DNA from: Thermomicrobiales bacterium
GTDB taxonomy: Bacteria > Chloroflexota > Chloroflexia > Thermomicrobiales > UBA6265
NCBI GenBank assembly: GCA_023957015.1
Contig: JAMLHR010000003.1
Location: 22,555 to 86,554, forward strand
Reading direction: 5' to 3'
DNA length: 64,000 nt
The number at the start of each line of letters is the position of its first letter. Within the stretch, counting starts at the first letter, position 1. Below the pieces are notes generated by a model that was not told the DNA's origin, did no database searches, and saw only the letters and a program-made list of their open reading frames with translations. Position numbers and translations under genes: made by a program. Shown one piece after another: positions 1 to 8,385 of the stretch.

Positions 1-200
1 TTACGTCGTGTTGCCATTGTCGAACATCCTTTAGGTAGCTGCTTGCGGGCGAAAACGCGACGGAGGTCGCCGCACCCATATGTATCCTACCTGAGCGAGT
101 TGCGATTTGCATCCGCCGGGGAGCGTCGTCAGCGGGGATAACGTGATGGACTGTGCTATCTGCACAATCCATCACTTCATAATTGCTACTTTTGTTGGAC

Positions 201-1193
201 CTAGATCACCTTCTGGGCATCGCGCAGCGGAATCAGGATCTCCTCCAGGAATCCGGTTACTCCCTGGTAGCTGGCGGGATAATCGCGCAGCCAGTTGCCA
301 ACCTGACCAGCCTGGGCTGCCGGCATGGCGGCGTAAGCCGGTTCCGCCATCAGGTCATCGGCGGTCTTGAGGCCGCTATAGACATCCATATAGAGCACAT
401 CGGCCGGGTAGAGCAGCGCCTGCTCGGCACTGAGCGATTCCCAATAATCGGTGGCTGCCGGGGAATCGTAGTTCGCGAATTGCAGACCCAGCGAACCCAG
501 GAACTTGAGATCGGATACGTCCTTCGGTCCGGCCACGTAGAGATCAGACGCGCTCGCGTTGAGGAAGAGCGTGAGGATATCGCTCTGCTCGGCGGCAACG
601 GTTTTGAACTCTTCCAGCTTGGCATCATATGCCTCGCGCATGGCCACGATCTCCGGCGCTTCCAGATCGGCACCCAGTGAACCAGCGATCTCCACGATCC
701 GTTCGACATTGACGTCGGCAGCTTCCATATCGGTCACGATTAGTACTGGCGCGATTTCGTTAATCACGCTGTACATATCGACGGGGATACCATTGGTGGA
801 TTCCGGATCACCAAGCTCGAAGGTCTGGGCGAACAGCACCTCGACATCGGCGGCGATCAGCAGCTCGGGCTCGATATTGCCATCAAGATTGCTGATGATC
901 TGGACCTCCTCCGCGTTGATGTTGCCCCAGGCGATGTGATCGCCATCCGGATAGGCGGAAGACGTCCAGTCATAAACAGCGGTTACCTTGATACCGAGGT
1001 CCCACAGGGCGGCAGCGGTGACGATATTCGCGGCAATCCGGGTTGGAGCTTCCGGAAGGGTGAGTTCCGTGCCCTCAAGGTCGGTGAGGCTCCATTCGCC
1101 ACCAGGTGTCGCTGCTGACTGGGCCAGAGTGCGTTGACCACCAAGCACCGCGGCGGATGCGACGGAGAGGGCAGCAAAATGTCGTCGATTCAT
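201..1193 (-). CDS. extracytoplasmic substrate-binding protein of an iron-siderophore/cobalamin-type ABC importer (type-2 PBP, FecB/BtuF-like)
   Basis: 330-aa ORF. The N-terminal MNRRHFAALSVASAAVLGG...AQS resembles a twin-arginine/Sec signal. Length and motifs (TRIAANIVTAAALWDLG, DVEVLFAQT, APVLIVTD) fit siderophore/B12 binding proteins. Family call is from memory of the fold family. Confidence 0.7.
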   Translation of the reverse strand: MNRRHFAALSVASAAVLGGQRTLAQSAATPGGEWSLTDLEGTELTLPEAPTRIAANIVTAAALWDLGIKVTAVYDWTSSAYPDGDHIAWGNINAEEVQIISNLDGNIEPELLIAADVEVLFAQTFELGDPESTNGIPVDMYSVINEIAPVLIVTDMEAADVNVERIVEIAGSLGADLEAPEIVAMREAYDAKLEEFKTVAAEQSDILTLFLNASASDLYVAGPKDVSDLKFLGSLGLQFANYDSPAATDYWESLSAEQALLYPADVLYMDVYSGLKTADDLMAEPAYAAMPAAQAGQVGNWLRDYPASYQGVTGFLEEILIPLRDAQKVI

Positions 1194-1347
1194 GGTCTGT
1201 TCCTTTGCGTATGATTACGATCACGGGTTGGCCGAATGCTTTATCCGACCTGAATAGTATGATATATCAACTCCCATCCACCAACTATCTTGGTCTGACC
1301 ACCACGTATACTCACAGGAAGAACACTCGCCTCAGCACCGAGGGCCC

Positions 1348-2115
1348 ATGTCCGATTCAAAACCAACGCCATTCCGCACACCAGATCTCGCCACCGAGCT
1401 TGCTCTGGCCCAACGATTGGGTGTCTCCTTCGCCGATCCGTATCAACTTCGCCTGGCCCTGACGCATCGATCCGTGCTGCACGAATGGACGCAGCATGGC
1501 GAGATCGACGCCATTATGCAGAACAATGAACGCCTGGAGTTTCTGGGTGATGCCGTGTTGGGATTCGTGACGGCGGATCGGCTCTACCGCTCACTGCCGG
1601 TTGCGCTCGAAGGCGAGCTCACGCGCGGTCGAGTAGCGCTCGTGCGGGCGGAAACACTCGTCGATTGGGCGACGGCGCTGGGTGTCCCGGAAGCGCTCTA
1701 CCTTGGTACTGGCGAGGCGGTAACTGACTCGCCGCGTGATCGTATTCTCGCGGGCGCGATGGAGGCGATTATCGGTGCCATTTACCTGGATCAGGGGCAG
1801 GATGTCGTCACCAGCTTCATCAGTTCGTGGCTGGATACCGTTGAGCCAGAGATGGAATCGGACGATGCGGTCGCCAATCCCAAAGGTCGGCTTCAGGAGG
1901 TTGTGCAGGAGCGAAAACTGGAGCAACCTGTGTATGAAACGGTGGCGGAAGACGGGCCAGAGCACGCCAGAGTCTTTACTATTGATGCCATTGTGAACGG
2001 CCAACGAGTTGGTACTGGTATTGGCCGTAGCAAGCGCGAGGCCCAGCAGATCGCCGCACGGGAAGCACTGGCCGCGATCGTTGCTGACGAGTCGATTCTG
2101 GAGACAAAGGAGTAG
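1348..2115 (+). CDS. rnc: ribonuclease III
   Basis: 255-aa ORF with the RNase III signature NERLEFLGDAVLG and the downstream motif EAIIGAIYLD. It also has a C-terminal dsRNA-binding domain (PKGRLQEVVQ...GIGRSKREAQQIAAREAL). Confidence 0.95.
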   Translation: MSDSKPTPFRTPDLATELALAQRLGVSFADPYQLRLALTHRSVLHEWTQHGEIDAIMQNNERLEFLGDAVLGFVTADRLYRSLPVALEGELTRGRVALVRAETLVDWATALGVPEALYLGTGEAVTDSPRDRILAGAMEAIIGAIYLDQGQDVVTSFISSWLDTVEPEMESDDAVANPKGRLQEVVQERKLEQPVYETVAEDGPEHARVFTIDAIVNGQRVGTGIGRSKREAQQIAAREALAAIVADESILETKE

Positions 2116-2118
2116 CGC

Positions 2119-3113
2119 ATGGCCGGACCATGGGAGCAGATTCAGGTTTTCAGCGGCAACTCAAATCCCCGCCTTGTAGAAGATATCTGCGCCTACCTCA
2201 ATATCCCGGTTGGTAAGGCGGAGGTGTTTAAGTTCAGTAACGACAACACCTTCGTTCGTATCGGCAACAGCGTCCGCCAGGACGATGTGTTTGTGGTCCA
2301 GAGCTTCTCCACACCGGTCAATGACTCGATCATGGAGCTGCTGATCATGATCGATACGCTCAAGCGCGCCTCCGCTGGTCGCATTACGGCAGTGATACCG
2401 TATTACGGCTATGGTCGTACCGATAAGAAGGATCAGCCGCGTGTGCCGATCACGGCGCGGTTGGTGGCAAAGCTCATCGTGCAGGCGGGTGCCGATCGTG
2501 TTCTCACGGTCGATCTCCACGCGGGTCAGATTCAGGGATTCTTCGATATCCCGGTCGATGAGATGAGCGCCATGTATCTGACCGCACGCTATTTCGTGGA
2601 GAAAGGGCTGGAGAACCCGGTTGTCGTTAGTCCGGATCTCGGCAATACCAAGCGTGCCCGCAACTTCGCCGATAGCCTCCAGTGTCCGTTGGCGATTATC
2701 GAAAAGCGACGCGTCGGCAATCAGGACAAGACCGAGATACTGAACCTGATTGGTTCGGTGGAGGCAAGCAGGCGGTCATCGTCGACGACGAGATTGATAC
2801 GGCAGGCTCAATCACCCAGGCGGTCGATGTCTGTATTCGGGGCGGCGCTCGCGAGGTCTACGCTACATGCATCCACTCGGTCTTCAGTGGTCCCGCGGTT
2901 GAACGGTTGAAGACGTCACCTTTGAAGGAAGTTGTGACCACCAATACGGTGCTGCTCCCGCCGGAGAAGCACTTCGATAAATTGGTTGTGCTGAATGTAG
3001 CGGAGCTGCTCGGTGAGGCCATTCAGCGTATTCACGCCGGTGCCAGTGTCAGCACCGCCTATCGCAGCACCGATGCGTTCCAGGCACGACTGAGCCTGAT
3101 CACCGAATTTTAG
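2119..3113 (+). pseudogene. prs: ribose-phosphate pyrophosphokinase (PRPP synthetase), frame interrupted by a 1-nt deletion at ~2763-2764
   Basis: ORF 2119..2910 carries the N-terminal half (VFSGNSNPRLVEDICAYL, PYYGYGRTDKKDQPRVPITARL). ORF 2682..3113 in the next frame carries the PRPP-binding loop (AVIVDDEIDTAGSI) and the C-terminus. The combined span is 995 nt (3n-1). The junction gtggaggcaag would read VEGKQAVIVDD with one extra G. Confidence 0.9.
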
Positions 3114-3116
3114 GGG

Positions 3117-4370
3117 ATGACTCCCCACCAACGCCGGGAGCGGACTGGATTTGCCGTCGCGATTTTAGTCGTGGTCGGTCTCGCCGTTATTGTTTTTCGG
3201 ATGGTCCTCACCAGCGATCAGGGGCCGCTCGAACCCATGCCAACACCGGAGCCAACGGCGACGTTGAGCCCAGTCACGCCCGCCGCAACTCCGGCAACAC
3301 CGCTACCAACGTTCGATCCCGATCCAGCATCACCGCCCGGTAGCCTGTTGCACATGCTTGGGTACGCGCCGGATCGCCTGGCGGATGGCTCCATTCCCCT
3401 GAACGAGATCGCGGACTACGCGGATATTCAGCGTTGGATGGCATCCCAGGGCATCGCTATACCCACCGATAGCGGTGATCCGAACTGGGATGCCTGGATC
3501 ACAGGCTTGGAACCACTGGCGATTCCGGAGGTGCTAGCCACGCGCGGTAATGATGCCACCTGGCGAGCGACCTACGGATTCGGATTAGTCGATGTCTACC
3601 AGGTGCTCGCCGTTGGGAGTGCGCCCGATTTGGTGATTGTCCTCCGCGGCGATTTCGATGCCGACGTGCTTCAGAGTGCCTGGGCGGAGAACGGCTACCA
3701 GGCAGTACGTGTGAATGGCGTCACCTATTGGTCGCTGAATCCCGCCGGATCGCTCGATCTCTCCGCCACCGCCTCGCGACCTGCGCTCGGGAATATGAAT
3801 AATCTGGTCCTGCTCGAGGATGGCACCTTGATCGCGACGGCACGGTCGACACGCCTGGAGCAGACGCTCAATACCGTCAACGGCACCCAGTCATCAATCG
3901 CTGACAACACCGATATCCTGACGCTCCTGCCAAGTGGCGCGTATCCGGACCAGATCGTAACGGCTTCGATACTTCGCGGCTCGGTGTTGGAGATGCCTGC
4001 GGTTTCGCCAACGATTGTTACTGTGGCCACACCGATCACGCCGATTCCGAAGGTTGGATTGCTGTTAACTGGGCTCAGCATCGCGGATTCCGGATCGCCG
4101 ATCTTCGTCAGTATCGCCACCTATGACTCGGTGGAGAGTGCGACGATAGCCTACACTCGCGCCCAACGGGAGCTCGCGGTCGGTCAGTCCAGCGTAACTG
4201 GTCTACCATATAGTGAACGACTGGCCGTTACATCCATGCGCGTGCTGGCCAGCCGCAATCCGAAAAGCCTGCTCATCATTGAAGGCGTTCCGATTCAGGG
4301 ATGGGATGACTGGCTGCAGATGACAGAAGAACGTGATTTCGGCTACCTCATGTGGCCGCGTGAACCATAA
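3117..4370 (+). CDS. hypothetical membrane-anchored extracytoplasmic protein (paralogue of 4439..5542)
   Basis: 417-aa ORF with an RBS-like aggggATG. An N-terminal TM helix (FAVAILVVVGLAVIVF) is followed by a Pro/Thr-rich linker. It shares colinear motifs with the next ORF: WAENGYQAVRVNGVTYWSL vs WEANGYESRRQRGTSFWTI, and NNLVLLEDGTLIATARS vs NNLAIVNDSLIVMAPRS. Confidence 0.7.
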   Translation: MTPHQRRERTGFAVAILVVVGLAVIVFRMVLTSDQGPLEPMPTPEPTATLSPVTPAATPATPLPTFDPDPASPPGSLLHMLGYAPDRLADGSIPLNEIADYADIQRWMASQGIAIPTDSGDPNWDAWITGLEPLAIPEVLATRGNDATWRATYGFGLVDVYQVLAVGSAPDLVIVLRGDFDADVLQSAWAENGYQAVRVNGVTYWSLNPAGSLDLSATASRPALGNMNNLVLLEDGTLIATARSTRLEQTLNTVNGTQSSIADNTDILTLLPSGAYPDQIVTASILRGSVLEMPAVSPTIVTVATPITPIPKVGLLLTGLSIADSGSPIFVSIATYDSVESATIAYTRAQRELAVGQSSVTGLPYSERLAVTSMRVLASRNPKSLLIIEGVPIQGWDDWLQMTEERDFGYLMWPREP

Positions 4371-4438
4371 ACACGAGGAACCTTGACTCTACTCGATTCG
4401 TTTTAGTTGTAGGTCTTAACGATCCACCGGAGGTACCC

Positions 4439-5542
4439 ATGCATCTGACCCGACGAGCATTAGTCGCATCATCCGTAACCCTCTCGCTGCTGTCGCGGGG
4501 GCATGCGTTCGCGCGCCAGGATGAGGAGGAGTTCGTTGCCGATGCCCAGAATCGGTTGCGAACAATGCTGGATTACCTACCGGGTGGAATCCTGGATGAT
4601 CACCTCGATATCACCTGGACCGATTTCGAAGGCCACTACGCCAAGCTCCCAGGTTTGGATACCGATCAGCAGTATCAGCTCGCCCCGGCATCTGAGATCA
4701 CGACCATCTTCGCCAATCGACAGGATGTGCAGGATCTACTCGGGTTGGAGCTTACCTCCATCCGACAAGGGATCATCAGTGGTCTTGCCCCGAACAGGGT
4801 CATCGTCCTCGATATGGCGAGTGATCTCAGCAACCTGCCTGACCTGTGGGAGGCGAACGGATATGAATCGCGCAGACAGCGTGGCACATCGTTCTGGACG
4901 ATCGGTGAGAATGGGGAGATAGACCTCGAGAATCCCGTCAATCGCCTCATGATCGCTCGTGCCAACAACCTGGCGATCGTCAACGATTCCCTGATCGTGA
5001 TGGCTCCGAGATCGGCTCTATTGGCCGAGGTGGTGGAGACCATTAATGGTCAGCGAGATGGACGCGCCCAGGAGTTCGAGAAGGTGATCGCTATCATCCC
5101 CCAGGAGACGACCAATTTGTGGTTGCTCAATGGAGAAATGGTTGCCGCCACCAATCCGGAGTCTTCCGCCTATCTGGCGGAGTCCGATGCCGCAGTCGGT
5201 CCTATGCCGGAGATCATGACGCTGGCGATTGGCCAGACCGCTGGCGCGACCTGGAGCGCGGAATCACAACCGGATGATGTGCGTGCCTTCACCGTGTTGC
5301 AGCCGACTTCCCCCGATCAGGCCGAGCAAGTGGCCGCGGTGGCGGAGTGGCGTCTGCAGAACATGGTGACCGGTCGTGGTGCCATGCCGTTCGCTGATGT
5401 CGTTGGACCAGTCACCGCCGAAGTATCAGACGGTGTCGCGATCATCAGCACCACCGGTGCTGACCGCGATATGTATATCTTCACCAAGATCATGACGAAT
5501 GGCGACATCGCGCCATTCGCCTACATCCCGGAGGAATCCTGA
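4439..5542 (+). CDS. hypothetical secreted protein (paralogue of 3117..4370)
   Basis: 367-aa ORF with RBS ggaggtacccATG and a Tat-like signal (MHLTRRALVASSVTLSLLSRGHAFA). Motifs are colinear with the upstream ORF. Confidence 0.7.
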   Translation: MHLTRRALVASSVTLSLLSRGHAFARQDEEEFVADAQNRLRTMLDYLPGGILDDHLDITWTDFEGHYAKLPGLDTDQQYQLAPASEITTIFANRQDVQDLLGLELTSIRQGIISGLAPNRVIVLDMASDLSNLPDLWEANGYESRRQRGTSFWTIGENGEIDLENPVNRLMIARANNLAIVNDSLIVMAPRSALLAEVVETINGQRDGRAQEFEKVIAIIPQETTNLWLLNGEMVAATNPESSAYLAESDAAVGPMPEIMTLAIGQTAGATWSAESQPDDVRAFTVLQPTSPDQAEQVAAVAEWRLQNMVTGRGAMPFADVVGPVTAEVSDGVAIISTTGADRDMYIFTKIMTNGDIAPFAYIPEES

Positions 5543-5548
5543 TAGCCC

Positions 5549-6397
5549 TTAGTGGTTGAGATTGCGCAACGCTGATTCGATCGCATCGGTCAGCGTTGCG
5601 TGTTCCTCCAACAGGGCCTCGATCCGCTCGACCTTGCCCGAGAGTTCGCTCAACGCCTGGATATCGCGCGGATTCTCCTTCACCTGGCTAATCACCTCAC
5701 GCACATCCGAGTAGTCAGCTGTTTTCAGACTCGCCTCCGTGAGTGTCATCGCGGCCGTGCCCTCGTCTGCGATGGCAATCTTTGGCACCAGTCCCTGCAG
5801 CTCGGTTAGCAGTTCAAGTACACGGTGACGAGGATCGTCCGGTGTCAGGGCGAGCGATGCTGCGGCAGGTACTTCAGTAGAAATACCGACTTCCTCGGCA
5901 GTATCGGTGAGCTGGACCTCAACGGCGGCACTGGCGACCTCCGATTCCGTGGCGGGTTCTACCAACGGCTCAGACTCGGTTTCGGGTGTACTTTGAGGTG
6001 TTCCCCAGCTGTTTTCGGCATCTGTCTGGTGGCTGTGACTCCATGACGTTTGCGACGTTGTCCAGCCCGCTGCGATCGTATCATCGCTGGTTGGTTTTAC
6101 CTCGTCATCCAGCGCGGTAATAAAGCGGCTCGCCGGATCCGGTCCACCTGTAGATGGCGATGCCCCCCAGCCGCTCGACCAGCGATTACTCTGGTCATGT
6201 CCCGAGATGGCTGGTACTGATTCCGCGGATGTCACTGGTGCGAGGACGGCAGTCTGCTGGTCTTCCGCATCTGTCGAACTGGTAGCGGCTCCCCACTCGG
6301 TGTCGTTGGTGCTCGGCGTTGCGACGCGGGTACCACAGGTCGTGCAGAATCGGGCCCCCGATCTGATCGTGGCTCCACAGTTGGTACATGTTTCCAT
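5549..6397 (-). CDS. zinc-ribbon domain protein with a long acidic low-complexity middle region and a helical C-terminus
   Basis: CxxC...CxxC motif METCTNCGATIRSGARFCTTCG at the N-terminus. I prefer the start at 6397 (gaggagatcactATG) over the longest ORF start at 6493. The middle is Ser/Thr/Glu/Asp/Trp-rich. The C-terminal ~90 aa look helical. Confidence 0.65.
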   Translation of the reverse strand: METCTNCGATIRSGARFCTTCGTRVATPSTNDTEWGAATSSTDAEDQQTAVLAPVTSAESVPAISGHDQSNRWSSGWGASPSTGGPDPASRFITALDDEVKPTSDDTIAAGWTTSQTSWSHSHQTDAENSWGTPQSTPETESEPLVEPATESEVASAAVEVQLTDTAEEVGISTEVPAAASLALTPDDPRHRVLELLTELQGLVPKIAIADEGTAAMTLTEASLKTADYSDVREVISQVKENPRDIQALSELSGKVERIEALLEEHATLTDAIESALRNLNH

Positions 6398-6600
6398 AGT
6401 GATCTCCTCGTCGAGCGCGTCGTCGCTAGCCCGACTTGATTCTGGATGCAGAAGTCTCTGCGCAAATCCTACCAGCTTGCGAATGAGTGACAAAGATCGT
6501 TCCCGGAACTTTCGCTACGAACATGCGCGGTACAATACTCTGTATTGTGCACCGGAATGTTCCGGTTTTTACGAACGTGTAACACGAGGCAGATAGCAGC

Positions 6601-7218
6601 ATGGCAAATGTACTTGTCGGGCGCCGGGTGATGCAGAGCAAGCAGCTCCCGGTTGGAACCGCGGCCCTCTTCAACGTTGCTGCCGGTGAGCTGATTCAGA
6701 TTGTTGATATGGCTGGAGCTCAGGTGGCGTCTTTAGTGGCTTGGGGAGGTACCGAACGTCTCAGTACTCCGGTCACAGTAAGCGCAAACGCATCGATCGT
6801 GCTCAAGAAGGGTGACAAACTCTACGGAAGCAACAAGACGGAGTTGCTGGAACTCGTGGAGGATACCGTTGGTCGACATGATCTTCTGACGGGAACCCTG
6901 CCGACACCGGCACCAACTTCAACGGTGCAGACGGTAGTGACCAGCAATCAGGAGGCGCTCAAGGCCGCCGCCGCGGATGCTCCCGACGACGATGTCAGCA
7001 ATCCGGTGAACTTCTTTAAGCACGTCACGATCAAGGGCAAGGGCGAGTTGGATTGCAAGGAATCGTTCAGCGAGCGGAACGATACGGTGGTGTTGGTGGC
7101 GCTCACCAATTGCACCGTGATCATCGGCAATCAGTATCACGAGCGAAAACCCGGTGTCACCGCTGGCAAGACAGCGATGGAGAAGGATGGTGTGGTTCTG
7201 GTGCGTGTCTACGCCTAG
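6601..7218 (+). CDS. DUF1989-family protein (urea-carboxylase-associated / aminomethyltransferase-fold family)
   Basis: 205-aa ORF. LPVGTAALFNVAAGELIQIVDMAGAQVASLVAW...KGDKLYGSNKTELLELVEDTVGRHDLL matches my recollection of the DUF1989 N-terminal pattern (x-G-x-Q-V-x-D-L...HD-L-L). Confidence 0.6.
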   Translation: MANVLVGRRVMQSKQLPVGTAALFNVAAGELIQIVDMAGAQVASLVAWGGTERLSTPVTVSANASIVLKKGDKLYGSNKTELLELVEDTVGRHDLLTGTLPTPAPTSTVQTVVTSNQEALKAAAADAPDDDVSNPVNFFKHVTIKGKGELDCKESFSERNDTVVLVALTNCTVIIGNQYHERKPGVTAGKTAMEKDGVVLVRVYA

Positions 7219-7334
7219 AACAGCAGGAGCACCAGCCAGGCGGTGGTGATGACGATCACGATGGCCGTGATCACAGCCACAATGATATCGGTGCGCGAAG
7301 CATATCGCTTCAGATCGTGATCGGCTGGCTTCAT
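7215..7334 (-). CDS. possible small single-pass membrane protein (39 aa)
   Basis: Internal start of ORF 7215..7457 preceded by gggagatgttgtgtATG. The product MKPADHDLKRYASRTDIIVAVITAIVIVITTAWLVLLLF has one strongly hydrophobic helix. No homology evidence. Confidence 0.3.
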   Translation of the reverse strand: MKPADHDLKRYASRTDIIVAVITAIVIVITTAWLVLLLF

Positions 7335-7455
7335 ACACAACATCTCCCGGCTCAACCTCACCGGTATAGCACACACGGAACGGTATTGGCAGACCGTTCT
7401 CTTAGGAGCGCAATGACGCGACTCCGAAATACCCCGAAAGGAGTGGTACCCTCTC

Positions 7456-8385
7456 ATGGCACACCATCATCTGCTCATCATGGCCTATGGCGGACCCGAC
7501 AAAATGGAGGATGTCCGACCATATCTTCTCGACGTGCGTCATCACCGTCCGACATCTGAGGAGATCTTCGCGGAAGTGGAATCGCGCTACCAGCTTATCG
7601 GTGGTCGCTCCCCGATTCTGGAGCTGACCCTGGCGCAGGGTCATGGTATCGAGCAGTACCTCAACGATCAGGCCGCCGATGGCGAGCACTGGAAGGTCTG
7701 GTTCGGTATGCGCCACTGGCATCCATACATCGCTGAGACCATGGAGACGATGAAAGCCGAGGGAGTCGACCAGATTGTCACCCTCGCTATGGCTCCCCAC
7801 TACAGCAGCATGTCGATCGGTGCCTATCACAAGGCGGTTGACGCCGCTGCTGATGGTATGCAGGTTGCCCATATCAATCGTTGGAATCTGCTTCCTGGCT
7901 ATCTCGACGCGCTTACCGAGCGCATCAACGACGCCCTGCTGAAGTTCCCTGAAGACGTTCGGGACTCGGTGCCGATTATCTACACCGCCCACAGCTTGCC
8001 GGAAGCTATCAAGGCGATGGGCGACCCGTATGAGTCTGACCTCCACGCCACCTTCGAAGAGATGAAGTCTCGCTTCTCCAGTCATCCCGGCTTCTGGGCC
8101 TATCAGAGCGCCGCGATGACCAAGGATCCGTGGCTGGGGCCGGACGCCAGCGTCATCATCGACCGTATTCATGCGGAAGGCGGTCAGCATGTGTTGGTGG
8201 TACCGGTAGGATTCGTCTGCGAGCACGTTGAGGTTCTCTACGACATCGATGTCGAGTTCATGGAGCAGGCGAAGAAGCTCGGCATGCAACTCGAGCGTCC
8301 GATAATGGTCAACGATCACCCCACGATGATGGCTGGTTTGGCCGAACTGGTGCGTACTCGCGCCAGTGAAGAAGGTTGGCTCTAG
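7456..8385 (+). CDS. hemH: ferrochelatase / coproporphyrin ferrochelatase
   Basis: 309-aa ORF with RBS aaaggag upstream. The N-terminal LIMAYGGPDKMEDVRPYLLDV, SPILELT, and the YTAHSLP and CEHVEVLYDID motifs are typical of ferrochelatases. Confidence 0.93.
   Translation: MAHHHLLIMAYGGPDKMEDVRPYLLDVRHHRPTSEEIFAEVESRYQLIGGRSPILELTLAQGHGIEQYLNDQAADGEHWKVWFGMRHWHPYIAETMETMKAEGVDQIVTLAMAPHYSSMSIGAYHKAVDAAADGMQVAHINRWNLLPGYLDALTERINDALLKFPEDVRDSVPIIYTAHSLPEAIKAMGDPYESDLHATFEEMKSRFSSHPGFWAYQSAAMTKDPWLGPDASVIIDRIHAEGGQHVLVVPVGFVCEHVEVLYDIDVEFMEQAKKLGMQLERPIMVNDHPTMMAGLAELVRTRASEEGWL

Noticed and set aside
1-200. Possible 3' end of a minus-strand gene at the window edge
   Set aside because: No ORF of useful length, and no recognisable motif in any frame. 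It cannot be supported from this window.
1194-1347. Cobalamin riboswitch upstream of the siderophore/B12-type binding protein
   Set aside because: The spacer is only ~150 nt, is shared with the rnc promoter, and has no B12-box-like sequence.
2755-2770. Programmed ribosomal frameshift in prs
   Set aside because: There is no slippery heptamer or downstream structure, and no precedent that I know of for prs. The site is a simple G-run consistent with a missing base.
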